A stretch of 64,000 bases of DNA, taken from the NCBI GenBank assembly GCA_013265495.1, contig MU057865.1, forward strand, positions 1 through 64,000. The letters run 5' to 3'. The notes under the pieces were generated by a model. That model saw only the letters and a program-made list of their open reading frames with translations. It was not told the DNA's origin and searched no databases. Below, piece by piece: positions 36,501 through 48,880 of the stretch (positions within the stretch are counted from its first letter, which is position 1; every line of letters starts with the position of its first letter). The DNA comes from Vicugna vicugna. Lineage: Eukaryota. The translations under genes were made by a program, and so were the position numbers.

Positions 36501-37400
36501 AAATCCACAAGCCAGGTAAGACAATGAGGGTGTAATACACAGCAAGACAGAAAAGATAATGCACAGTCATTGTAGGGTACAACGTGGTGGTGGGCCAGTG
36601 ATGCAGGAGGGTAAAAGAATTTACCAGAAACCAGGGACAGTTTAAGAACAAAGGGAAAATTTAATAGTTATGCTGCTATAGGCAACAGTGGGCCACACAG
36701 ATGAGAGGTGGCCGTGTGTGCACCGAGGAGGGTGGGTGTGCAGGGTGTTTTACTGTGGGGAGGGGGCTGTGAACACAAGGAGATGAGGGCTGTGTGATCA
36801 GTTTGTACACAGGTACCTGACTGGTTGTAAGACCTTGAATAGTAGGATTTACAACTCTGAGAAGGGCAGGATGTGAGACCTGGCCAGCTAGGGCATTGTG
36901 AGATGGGCTGTCTCCTGGGGCCATGCGCCCTGCAAGGGGAAACACACATCAAGGGGTGTCCTTATCCTGCAGAAATGCAGGTAGGTGGAGTGGTCCTGCA
37001 GTGGGGAGCAGTGTTTACGGTGTCTCCAGGCACACACAGAGCCCTGAGGTGGGGGTTTTAATGAACTTCAGGCAGCTTCAGAGAGTGCCAGGGTGGTGTG
37101 CCACAACAGTAAGTCACAGAGGAGCCAAGGAGCTGAAGGTGGCACTTCCAGGGGGGTAGAACTTGGACCTACAGAAAGGATGGGTGGGCATTTCAAATAG
37201 GAGACACTGTTTGCGCAAAGATATTAAGACAAAAAGCAGCCTTAGAGTTGTGCGAGACCCCCCTCCAGTTTACGTACATCAAAAAGGTCAAGTTTGTCAT
37301 TTTATACAGGATTGTTAGGAATTCATGCTCAGAGAAGTTAAATGGAATGATCCAGTAACTAGTAAATTGCCCAGAATTCACCCCACCAACTGCTCCCCAG

Positions 37401-37446
<46 letters not shown>
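37401..37446. repeat. Compound microsatellite (CT)10(GT)13
   Basis: Read directly from the sequence. Confidence 0.97.
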
Positions 37447-37447
<1 letters not shown>

Positions 37448-38252
37448 GAGAGCTCATGTCTAGAAGGGTTATGGGGTGTGAGATGGGTTGAACAGAGCAA
37501 AGGATTCACGTAGGGCAACAGAGCCAGATTGATTGTTTCTAGGTCAATCATCAAATAAGGATTTGGAGTGTCTCGGGGTCGATCTAATTCCCTCATTAAG
37601 ATGACTGAAATACCCAGCCCACGAAGTAGTCAATACAGTTACTTCGTCCATCTTAATGACCCAATCAGATCAGCTCTTGGGAGATCTTCAACACCAACTC
37701 CAAGGGGAAATCCTTACACACACATAACTACAGATTTTGTTGAGCCGTCCTAACGTAATGATGGACTGTCACAGAGAGCTCCCCAGAGGAATGAGTGTTG
37801 AGCATTTACCATCTACAAACAAAGTATTAAGGGCCATCTCTTAATGAGGCAAAAGGAGAACATTGTAATTTTCAGTAAATGGACAAAGATAGGAATGAGC
37901 AAGATACAAAGCATCAAGGCATATTTCTTTGACCAAAGCAGTTGTTTCTATGTCATGGGAGTATACAAAGGTGACAGAAAGTTACAAGGCAAAGAAGATG
38001 AGCAAAGGGACGGGGGATGGCCAGAAGTAGGACGCCTTTATCAGTGTAGTCAACTTGGCAGCACAGGGAAGTTTCAGTCAACGTGGCTGTGATGACAACA
38101 TTACTGATGCTGTGGTGAGGATGACTTTGATGACAACAGTCATGTGATCTGCTGGCAGGTGGGAACAATAGTAGTCAAGAATTATCAATGTAAAAACGAC
38201 CCAAAGAAAAGGTCTGGGAAAGTTTCTGTTAATATGAAGCAGGGATTTAAAT

Positions 38253-38342
38253 ATTTTTATAAAGGACTTGAACATCCTTGGATTTTGACATCTGTCTGGT
38301 TCCTGGAGCCAATTCCCTGTTGAATTCAGAGGAAGGACTGTA
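38253..38342. mobile_element. MER2 (TcMar-Tigger) terminal fragment
   Basis: ttttataaaggacttgaacatccttggattttgacatc...tcctggagccaattccc...gaggaaggactgta ends in a TIR-like sequence plus TA. Confidence 0.75.
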
Positions 38343-38610
38343 ATTAAGGTTAAATGAGGTTGTAAGGGTGGGGTCTTAATCCCTTGGACTGGTGTCCTTA
38401 CAAGAGGAAGAGAAAGAAAAACCAAGAGGGTACACACAGAGAGAAAGCAATTATCTGCAAGCCAAGGAGAGAGGCTTCAGGGGAAGCCTGAACCCTGTTA
38501 TCACCTTGTTTTTGGAATTCCAGCTTTCAAACTGTGGAAAAAATACATTCTGTTGTTTAAGTCACCCAGATTTTTGATATTTTGTTATAACAGCCCAAGC
38601 AGATTAATGC
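38341..38610 (+). mobile_element. MLT1B/C-type MaLR LTR fragment
   Basis: taattaaggttaaatgagg...gactggtgtccttacaagagga...ctgcaagccaaggagagaggcttcag...ttctgttgtttaagtcaccca. Confidence 0.88.
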
Positions 38611-39617
38611 GAGACCAACCCTAAAGGCACTGGCCTCAGTGAAAGAACACAAATTTGTTCAGCTTCTGTCACTGAGAAACAAAGCAATCTGCCTGGAAAG
38701 GGTCTAAGATAAGCAGAACGCACTTCAAGATTTGGGCTCTTACAATGAAAAAAAAACACCAAGTTCCTAGCATTGCCACGACCATCCAGAGTTTTAAGAA
38801 GAATTTTAAAGGTTGCAAACCGGTACCCCAACGTTTGGATTCTGTAAATCCAAAAATAGAGATTTGAATACCTCAGAATATGAGGCTGACTTTTTTTTTT
38901 ATTTCATTCCCTTTTCTAGAATGTACGAATCAGACCCAGATATCAAAACATTTCTCAAGTTGTCATAAAGTTTTAGAACCAAATACATCCTCTCAGCAGA
39001 AACGTGAGATGGAGGAAGTTTAAGTTTGAGAAGACTTGGGGTGCGGGTCCTGATCACACCCCATCCCGTGTGATGCCCCAGCTGTCTCTCCAGAGACGAG
39101 GCCTCGGTGCACACCCCAAACTGCACACCTTTCCCACAGTCCTATGACTCCATTAAAGGTAGCTCTAGCACACCCTACTTCTTTAGTGTCTCCTCCTATC
39201 AGCACCAACCCAACCAAACATTTGAAACTACAACATGAATGGCTGTATTCACCAGGAAAGACAGAGTACAAGGCAGTGAACAGCTACAAAATTTCAGTCA
39301 TTTAGTGCATCAAAGTTTTTTGGGTTTTTTTTGTTGTTGTTGCTGTTTTTCTTTTTCATTCACAAGATGTTCATCTAGCAACGTAAGTTAACAGAGGTCC
39401 AAGTTAACAGAGGGGCCAGTGCGCTGCATTCCTGGCTGTTAGAATCACACAGTTTAGGGATTTAAGCAGACGAAAGGTCAAGAGCCAACAGTGAAAAACT
39501 AAGGCCGGAAAATGACACACAACATCTGTGCTCACAGCTTATTGCTATGGGGAGTCTGCACCACCTGACTGCGAAAAAAAAAAAAAATGTGGGGAAAACT
39601 TACCCTCCCAAACACAG

Positions 39618-39792
39618 CAGTGGGTTTCACACTTTGGTGTGTATCTCAATCATTCGGAGGACTTGTTAAAACATGAATCCCTGGGCCCACCTTTACAGTT
39701 TCAGATTCTGGTCATTTATGTTTCTAATACGTTCTCCGTTTTCCGATGAAGCCGATGCTGTTGGTCCCGGGATCATCCTTTGAGAGCAAGGG
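39618..39792. mobile_element. MER5A hAT-Charlie element
   Basis: cagtgggtttcacacttt...cttgttaaaaca...ctgggcccacc...cagtttcagattc...gatgctgttggtcccggga..atcctttgagagca. Confidence 0.8.
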
Positions 39793-40280
39793 TCAACACC
39801 TGGACCTCATGCTGAGGTCCCATCATTAGAAATTCTGATTAATTGGGTGATTGGAGTCTTGACATCTAAAAATTCCCCTGTACACCCAGAGTTGCTAGTT
39901 CAAAAGAATATAATTTAAATATGATTGGAAGATATTCTTCAAAGGGCTCATACTACAGAGAAAACAAACAAACAAACAAAACCAAGTTCAGTATCATACA
40001 GCCGGTTAGTGGCACCTCTGGGCCTAAAAATCAAGTGCCCTGCATCCCAAGTGGTACCATTCCTACTAACGCAACATCACACAGAGCAAGCAGTACTTTT
40101 AAGACAAATTTACTCCCCACATTTCTCTCACTCTGCTTAAAATGTTTCTGTCTCTCTCCAGACAGAACCTGGCTCTCAGTGCAGTGGCTGCTGGCTCAGG
40201 CAGGGAGGAGTGGGCCCATTTCCGGGTTTCTCCCGCGTCGCTGAGGGTGCCGCCCAGGAGAGGCTGCCTGGGAGATCAGC

Positions 40281-40325
40281 CGCGCATCCCCCCGCATCCC
40301 GCCGCATCCCGCCGCATCCCGCATC
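40281..40325. repeat. CpG-rich 10-bp minisatellite (GCCGCATCCC)x4 plus a partial unit
   Basis: cgcgcatccc cccgcatccc gccgcatccc gccgcatccc gcatc. Confidence 0.95.
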
Positions 40326-40850
40326 TTGAGCAGCCTTGCTCTGGCTCCCTGACCCACCCCAACATAGATTCTGCCTCTGCCCCAGGAACCAGGGGTGGCG
40401 GGGAGGATGTGGCAAAGATGCCGAAGGAGGAGCTCACTTCTAAAGAAATGGAAAATAAATGAATAAGCTGCTGTCCGTCTGGTGCCCTTTGGTCCCACAC
40501 TGACTAAACCCGGGCTGCCAGAAGGCAACGAAGAGGAATCTCATTTTGAAAAACAACTGAGGGAGATAAAACCAAGCTACCCAAGCATCTCAGATTCAGA
40601 TTCAGGTCCTCCTCATCTCCTGTCCCCAACACACACACAAACACACAAACACACAAACACACACACGCACAGTGTTCGTTTGCCCATTAGGGAACTGTAC
40701 TGAATTCATCTACTCGAAGTAAAAAATAAATAAATACGAGTTGATCTGCCGTGCTTTTACCGATTTTGAGCTGATTTAACAGCCATCTGATAAACACACC
40801 GTGCGTGTCTAATGGCCCCTGGCCTCCTATGTGATGTAAAACTGCGAAAC

Positions 40851-40869
40851 GTCGCCATCTGCTGGCCCC
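40851..40869 (-). promoter_or_regulatory. Candidate CTCF binding site
   Basis: The minus strand reads GGCCAGCAGATGGCGAC, matching the CTCF core CCASYAGRKGGCR, in CpG-retaining unique DNA. Confidence 0.65.
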
Positions 40870-42936
40870 GGAGCCCACGTGAGTGGAAATTTCCACCTCC
40901 CTTGTCTTCAGACAAACCGTGCCTGAGAAAGGAAGCGTTGGGTCTGGAGATACTGCAAACTGGTTGGTTGAAATTCACTGCAAATCACTCAGTTCCCTCC
41001 ACCAGACGACAAACTGCGTGAAATGTTGGTTGACTTTCCGGTGTGTTATGTACTCGTGAATGAGTTGAGGAGGGGAGTTCTTTGGCCTGTACCTTAATAT
41101 TTTTTTATTTTTGTTGCCCCCCCCCTTTTTTTTAAATTCCCACTGTTGGGAGTTACAAGGATCCATTCAACCAACAACAACTGGATTTCTTCCATGTGCG
41201 AAGTATTTGACCTGAAATCAGCAAATGACAGAGACTGAGGGGAGGGGAACAGAAAGAAGTTTCACCCTCCCCCCCTCCTCGGTCTGTATTGACCAGAAAT
41301 CTGAAGTTCTGTGGGTTTTGATTTCTGGGCATCTTGACAGTGAAACACGTGAATCAACTATGCTGGAGGGCGCTTTTCAGCCCAGCCAGATGATTTATCC
41401 TCAGACCGCTGAAATGACACACTCCTGTGGTTCCTTCTGCACTCTGTCCTTCTAAATAGGAGAGGGAGACCCATGTGACCTTAAAAGAGGGTTATCCGGG
41501 CCCCTGATCTGTGTGTTTGATTCCTCCTCCTTCTCCTTGCTCTTGCAGTTTTCAGGCAACTCTCTCATCCAAACCCATCTCTGCAGCCCCCATCTAATTC
41601 CACAGTGCTGACATCTCTGACCACCCCCCCCAAGGGAAATTGTATAGTGTGGTTTCTCTTGATTCACTACTTACACTAGTGGAACTTATTTCAAATGTGC
41701 AGAAAGATTAATAGGGGAAGAAGTAGGGAAGGGAGTGTCAAGAGAGAATGCAGGGTATAGAAATGGGAGCCGTTTCTGTCTCTGGTGATGAGGCCTGGGG
41801 GTGAGTGATGGTTTTCAAGTTGATGGTGATTGTAATTCTCTTTTATGCCACGAAGCACCTCCACATTCAGCCTCCCTGGCTGTGGAGCAGCCTCCTCGCT
41901 TCATCCAGTTTTTCAAAAGAGAGGTGCACATGGAGGGAACCCAAGGTATTCAATCCTGGCTGTGCAGAGCCCTGGGCATCAAAACCTTTCTCCTTTCTGT
42001 CAACCCCTTCTCTCTACTCCCCACACTTTCTCTACCCTAATAGGCCATGGGGAACCCCAGTCCCTTATGACGGAGAGTCAAGAAGTGAGGAATCAAATGG
42101 AATGAGTAGGAGTAATGCCAGGCACTGTAATGATTTCCTGCCAGGGATGAGCTGGCCTGGAGGCAGTCCTGCCTGCTTGGCCACTCGAAAATGACTCACC
42201 ATAAAAATAAGAGAAGAGAGTTCACTTGTAACGTGGAAGCTAGAGTCCCAGCCTGCCCACACTGTCCTCAGTAGAAGAGGTTAACTATTCTGCGTTCTCA
42301 GAACACTGGTCCTGTGGCAGAAGCAACTTTTAAATTCCTAGATGGTTAGAGCAAAAAGAACACATCAAGATGATCGTGCAGATGATAAACCCAGGGTCTC
42401 TGGAAGGACAAAGGAAATTTGCCAAGGTCACCCAGCACATGAATGGCAGAACTGAGTCACCAGCATCTTAGATAAAATTTCTCATTATCATTGCTTTATC
42501 ACAAAACAGGGTGGTGCCACTGGTCATAGGAAAATGTCTGACATTCTGCCAGTTAATCTTGAGAAGTCCTAGGCTTCACATCACCCTACCCGAGTCAAGC
42601 CTCTAATCCCAGGACCTCCTTTAGCAGAGTATCCCCTCACATCAGAAGAAAGCAATTAATGTAAGTAATTCATACTAAAGTGTTAGAGATTCAGGTCAGA
42701 TAAGTATGAGGGTAACAACTCTAATAATGAGCATTCAAGAAGAAAGTGTAGGAAATAGGCTTGGCAGGGTCTGCATTGTTCAAACAAGTGACTGTATTGT
42801 TTAGTACACTGGACTCCGGAAGCAAAATTCTAGAGATAGTATCCTGACTATGAGCCTTAAGATCTGGGCAAATTACTCAACCTCTGGTAGCATCATAGTA
42901 AGGATAAAATAAGTTAAATCAAATCAGATGTTTTGA

Positions 42937-43511
42937 GTTCATAACAACACTATTTACAATAGCCAAGACATAGAAACAACCTAAATGTCCATTGACAGAC
43001 GCCTGGATAAACAACTTGTGGTATATTTATACAATGGAATACTACTCAACCATAAAAAAGAATAAAATAATGCCATTCGCAGCAACATGGACAGACCCGG
43101 AGATTGCCATTCTAAGTGAAGTAAGCCAGAAAGAGAAAGAAAAATACCATATCACTTATATGTAGAATCTTAAAAAAAAAAGACAAAGGAACTTATTTAC
43201 AAAACAGAAACAGACTTACAGACATAAAAACAAACTTATGGTTACCAGATTGGAAGGAGGTGAGAAGGGATAAATTGGGAGTTTGAGACTTACAGATACT
43301 AATACGTATAAAATATATGAACAACAAGTTCATACTGTGTAGCACAGGGAAATATATTTCAATATCTTGCAGTAACTTATGTTAAAAAAGAATATGAAAG
43401 CAAATATACATGTGTCCATGTATGACTGAGACATTGTGCTGTACACCAGAAACTGACACAACATTGTGAATTGATTATACTTCAATAAAAAAATATAGAT
43501 ACAGAAAAGTA
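42937..43511 (+). mobile_element. Lineage-specific L1 3' end (older subfamily) inserted in a MIR
   Basis: ORF2 C-terminal segment (caatagccaagaca...aatggaatactactca) plus 3' UTR and aataaa. TSD agatgttttga at 42926-42936 and 43512-43522. Confidence 0.92.
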
Positions 43512-46500
43512 AGATGTTTTGAACAGCATGTTACACAATAATCAGTCATAAATGTTAGCTTCTGTTTTCAAGGATATTATTATTCAGTGAGTGACCAGGG
43601 GATACTCTGATAAAGGAGATGACTTTAGGAGAAAAGTCACTCTCTTCTCACCATCAGATATTCATTATGTACCAATACATCCTCCACTCTTTCCAGAAAG
43701 TCCTTAAATCTTTTACAAAGAAGTTCTAAAGTAAGGGGGAAGCATCCAGAGCAGGTATGTTTTGCAACTAAACCAAAAGCAGACCCCCGTGCAGAACACT
43801 TGTTTCTCTTTTTATCAAACGATTGTGTCTGTTTTCAGCAATAACTAGAAACATGATTCAGTAACCTCTTTGATGGGTTCAATCATTCAAGAAGCGATCC
43901 TTGAATCAGAACCACAGCTACACAGAGAGAGCATTTGAAGTCAAATTCCTTGAAAGTCGCTGTAAACCCAGTCCACCCAAGGTAGCAGACAAGACTAGAA
44001 TTAAGCCCTAGTGCTGGCATCACAGTGAACTTCCCATGAGACACCGCATGACCTCTCCGGGACTTCGTTTCCTCTTCTGTAAAGTGAAACATTGGACTAA
44101 GTCATATCTCATGTTCCTAGGAGCTCCCAGTTGCCACCATATTTTTGCTACTATGTGATCACTCTCTTGGCCACTCACCGTTATGAGTAACCAGAATGAT
44201 TGCTCCTTGCCTATGCTTATATCAGAACACATAATCACTGAGAGCTAATGAAAAAAAAATTCAACCCAATGTTTAATTACTTATTAAATTAAATGTTAAT
44301 GCAACATAGATATGCATTTAATGAACAATTTTAAAAGGAGGAAGAACTCAGCAAACACCAACCCTGATTAGTAACCAAAACAGGCTGCTCTCTTGTGGAT
44401 CTTCTTGGCTGCTTGAGGTTTTCCTTTCTAGAACAATCATCTCCAGGACCTGACCGCCAACCTCTCCACACTCCCACACACCGTGATGTTTCAGGAGTTA
44501 CTGATTTCTTCTCTTCCTCAGTTGAGTTTCTTGAGCCTTCCCTACTTAATCCTCCAGTGAAATCCATGTGAAATACAGCCCCCTTAAGGTAAAACTTAGT
44601 ATGAATTGTAGTGTCATAGACTTAAATTCCCTGGATGTTATTTAAAATTTTTTGAGGTCTCCAACACCCAAAACTCATCACACAATTATTGTTTTTCATG
44701 CACAGTGTAGCCCCAATTTGATACTTGTTTGGCATCACAATCAGATAACATTTTTCAAATGACAACTGAACTTTCAGCATGATTCTAAACCACTACAATT
44801 CTCTTTGACTAAATCAACTAAATCAAGAGAGTGTTGGGGGTGAGATGTACCCAGTGTTTTAAGAACTATTCCTCTAAAGGTCAAACTGATCTACCTGAGT
44901 CCTTCCATGTGACAATTCAGTTTGACAAACTGACCCTGATTGTCGTGGCTTTGTCATACTTAACTGGACAGAGAAAGTTATGATCAACCCGTCTGACCAA
45001 ATACATCAGTTCAAATCATCTGCAAAATGTTCAACCAACATAAATGCTTTCACTCCTCAAAAGTCTGCTCGCGTATCTTGTCATTGCTGTCAATTTTAAC
45101 CGACTCCAATCCTACAATAGGCTCTTTGAGTCAATCTCAAATTCAGCTCTCATTGAACGATGGGGAGTCCATGAATGAAAACTGGCTTATATCCTTGTTG
45201 TTTGGAAGCATTTCTTCTCTTCACTTTGAAAGAGGTCAGTGGGCTTCGTTCCACCTTTTGGTCTCAGGGAACACCAGGCTTCCGGATTTTTGTGAGCTCC
45301 AGGTGGAGTTGTGGGAGCCGTCCACCGCAACACCGGTGTGATTTGTATAGCGTTAATAGCCCTTTTGTTCCTTGAACTTCAATTCCTTTCAAAATAGGAG
45401 AGTATCGACCTTATCATTTCGTGTGGAGAATGAAGGAAAATGTACACCTGGATGTGAGCTTATGTGTTGATACCAACTTCAAGATCACAGTCCCTGCCGG
45501 TCCTCGGACCCACAGAGCTCAGTGCATTGATTTGGGGGATGCTGGGTGTGTTGAAGGTCAGACTGAAAAGCACCAAGTTACAGTGCGGCTCTTAACAGCA
45601 GACTCTGTGTGTTGCTGCTGTGCTGAGAAACCTGCCCCTTTAACCAGAAAGAATGAAAATATTGTAGACATAACATTACGGTCTCATGTGTGAGTAAGTA
45701 TCGTAGCAACAAAAGGGCTTTCAATTTTGAGCAGATGTTATTTAAAAAAAATAATAAAAAGCAACATCTAGTTTGAGCCAATGTTTGTAAAGGAATTTTA
45801 TTTTCTCGTTGCTACCTCTAAAATCAAGGATGGCAGAATAGGATGGAAGTTCATGGGGAAAAAAAAAATTGTTGCCTTGTTGCAAAGCACACTCTAGAGG
45901 AATTTTTCAACAGAACTCAGCCTCCTCAAGTTCATGCCAAAGGAGAAGTGCAAAGAATCAAATGATTTCCAGGAGGCAGAATTTAAAGCCAAGCAAACAA
46001 CCACCAGATGCTCAGGAAAGATGAACTGAACTTTGCATGCATGATGAAAAAACAGTGATCATGTTTTTATTGACACTGGGTTCTCCTCTACCAAACCAAC
46101 CCTCGCGCTGCTGGCACGCTCATTTCCCAAAATACAACCATTACAATATGATGGCCTTTCTTTTGGTCCCCAACCAGCTTCATCTCTTGTCACATTCCCA
46201 TACCTGCCATTCAAGGGCCTCCTAGTTGAGCCCCCAAATAATTATCCAGCCGTCTCATAAGCACCAGGCTTCGCACCACCCTACCTCTGTCATGATGCCC
46301 TGGCTTGTCCTACCCCTGGCATGGTATCAGCTGATCAGTCAAGCAGCCAAAGGCTATGTTTATTGGACCCTAAGTTATGTTTAGTGCTAGGTGAGTCCTT
46401 GTTGAGGAATACAGAGAAATAAGCTATCACACTTACCATGAAGTAATTTCTGAAAGGAAAAGTAATATTCTGGGGGAAGGTAGTATATATCAAATTATCT

Positions 46501-46842
46501 TTAACAAACAGTGAATGGGAAATTCTAATCAAAACTAAGGTGCCATAAAGAAAATAAAGAAATATGTGTTTAGGGAGTTTGGTTTGAATCAAATTATCAA
46601 AGCACCTTGAATAAATTCTATTCGTCTTTCAACATTCAATTCAAACACAGAACAGTTTCATAATCACTTCAGAAATCCACTTTTTCCACAAAGAAGTCTT
46701 TCAAACCCAATCGAAAGTGATGTCTCTTTTCTAATGTCTTGAGTTTTAAATTATGGTCTGCATTACATGTGTATCAAAAAATTTTAATGTTCCTGTATAT
46801 TTTGCCTCAAAATTATCTTATTTTTCCAGACAGCTTTTTATC

Positions 46843-47455
46843 AACTTTATTAAGATAAAATTTTATGTTATCCATTTTAAGTGTACTAGTCAATGATCTT
46901 TAGTAAATATAAGGAGACGTGCAGTTACCATTCAACCTCACTTTAGAATATTTTTATCATTTCAAAAAAGAAATCTTGTGATCATTTGCAGTCACACTCA
47001 ATCACACCCCCAGCCCAGGCAACCACACTATGTACTTCTCACCTCTATAAATTCATCTTCTCTAGTAATTTCATGTGATTAGAATCATAGAATATGTGGT
47101 CTTTTGTGTCTGTCTTCATAGTGTTTCTGAGTTGTATACATGCTGTAGAATGTATCAGTACTCATTCCTTTTAGTTGCTGAATAATATTCCCTTATATGG
47201 ATATATTATATTTGTTCACAAATTCACTGGTTAATGGACGTTTGAACTGTTTCCACTTTTTGTCTATTATGAATAATGCTGCCGTGAACTTTCACATACA
47301 GGTTTTGTGTGGACATATGTTTTCATTCCTCCTGGGTCGATTCCTAGCAGTGGAATTGTGGAATCGTGATAAATTTATGCATAACGTTTTAAGAAGTTGC
47401 CTGTTTTCCAAAGTGACAGTACCAGTTCACATTTCCACTAGTAATCCATCAGGGT
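46843..47455 (-). mobile_element. L1MB/L1ME 3' end
   Basis: actttattaagataaaa...ccattttaagtgtac...cccagcccaggcaaccac...gttgctgaataatattccc...ttgtctattatgaataatgctgc. Confidence 0.85.
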
Positions 47456-48214
47456 TCCTGGTTAGATTTTTAACCTCCTGATAGGAAATCATTATGATAA
47501 AACACTTTTTTGAATACCCCGTCAAAATTTTGTTCACCAAGAAGCACTCCAAAAACACATGTATATATGTTCACTTTACATAGGGCAAGGATGAGGCAAA
47601 GAAATGATAACCTAAATTTCTCACAGTGAATTGGTCCTGACAAGCCTGAGAAAATATCAGAAAGAAAGTAAGAAATAAACAATTATGATGGAAACCCTAT
47701 AAAGTAACTAATCATGCAAGGATAATAAATAATTTCTTTGAATGTGACTTTAAAGCTGTCAGTGGGATGTCAAGCTACACATGAAAATTAATTTCATTAC
47801 TTTATAGTGACACCATGTGTAGTAAAATGTCATAGATTTTCATTCATTCTAGAGAAGAGGTCAATCCGAACTCTAGTGAAATATTTGAATAGAATATTTG
47901 AAAAGAACTAAGAATAATTAACTTAAAATGCATGCAACATCACCAACAAAGAATCAGTGGTGCATGCCACCCATACTGACCCCTTCTCAGCTTTCTGATT
48001 ACCTCTGCTCCAAGTGTCCATTAAGTCTGCCATACTTCTGACCATCAAGGTCCTCAGGTTTTTGCTCATTGCTATGTTGCTTTTTTTATGTGCTATTTCT
48101 TCTTGACTTTTTTCTAGTACATAATGACATTCTTCTCAGATTTCAGGTCTCCATTAAAAGCTATCCTTCTTACATTTTTCCCAATTCGTAGGCCCTAGTA
48201 CCATTTTTTCCCTT

Positions 48215-48662
48215 GATTGATTGATTGATTGATATATACTCAATTTACAATGTGTTAATTTTTGGTGTACAGCATAGTGATTAATTTATAAATATAAATA
48301 TAAACATAAATAAATATATACATATATTCCTTTTCATTTTCTTTTTTTATTATAGGCCTTACAAGGTATTGAATATACCATGTACCACACAGTAGAACCT
48401 TGTTGTTTATCTCTTTTATATATAGTAGTGTGTTATCTGCAAGTCCCAAACTCCCAATTTATTCCTCGCCACCTCCTTTCCCCTCTGGTGACCATAAGTT
48501 TGTCTTCTATGTCTGTGTGTCTGTCTCTGTTTTCTAAATAAGTTCATTTGTGTCTTTTTTTTTTTAGATTCCACATGTGAGTGCTATATGGTATTTATCT
48601 TTCTCTTTCTGTCTTACTTCACACAGTATGACGCTTTCCAGCTCCATCCATGTTGTTGCAAA
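48215..48662 (-). mobile_element. Lineage-specific L1 3' end (older subfamily)
   Basis: tttacaatgtgttaatttttggtgtacagcatagtga...ccataagtttgtcttctatgtctgtg...agattccacatgtgagtg...tccatccatgttgttgcaaa; the tail has decayed to (TTGA)n. Confidence 0.9.
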
Positions 48663-48714
48663 CATGTCTAATTATCTTTTACACATGAATTCATCTAATA
48701 TAAATATTTTCACT

Positions 48715-48880
48715 TTAATTATGTCATTTAATTGCATCAGGTGGGTTTTATTATCAGTTTCACTTTACAGATGACAAAGCCAGGGTTTAGAGAACCCATG
48801 TGAGCTGCTATATTTTACCCAAATAAATGGTAGAGTCAGAATTCAGACTCAAGTTTCCTGACTCCAAAATCCCATGCTCT
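48715..48880 (-). mobile_element. MIR remnant
   Basis: ttattatcagtttcactttacagatgacaaagccaggg...ggtagagtcagaattcagactcaagtttcctgactccaaaatcccatgctct. Confidence 0.75.
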
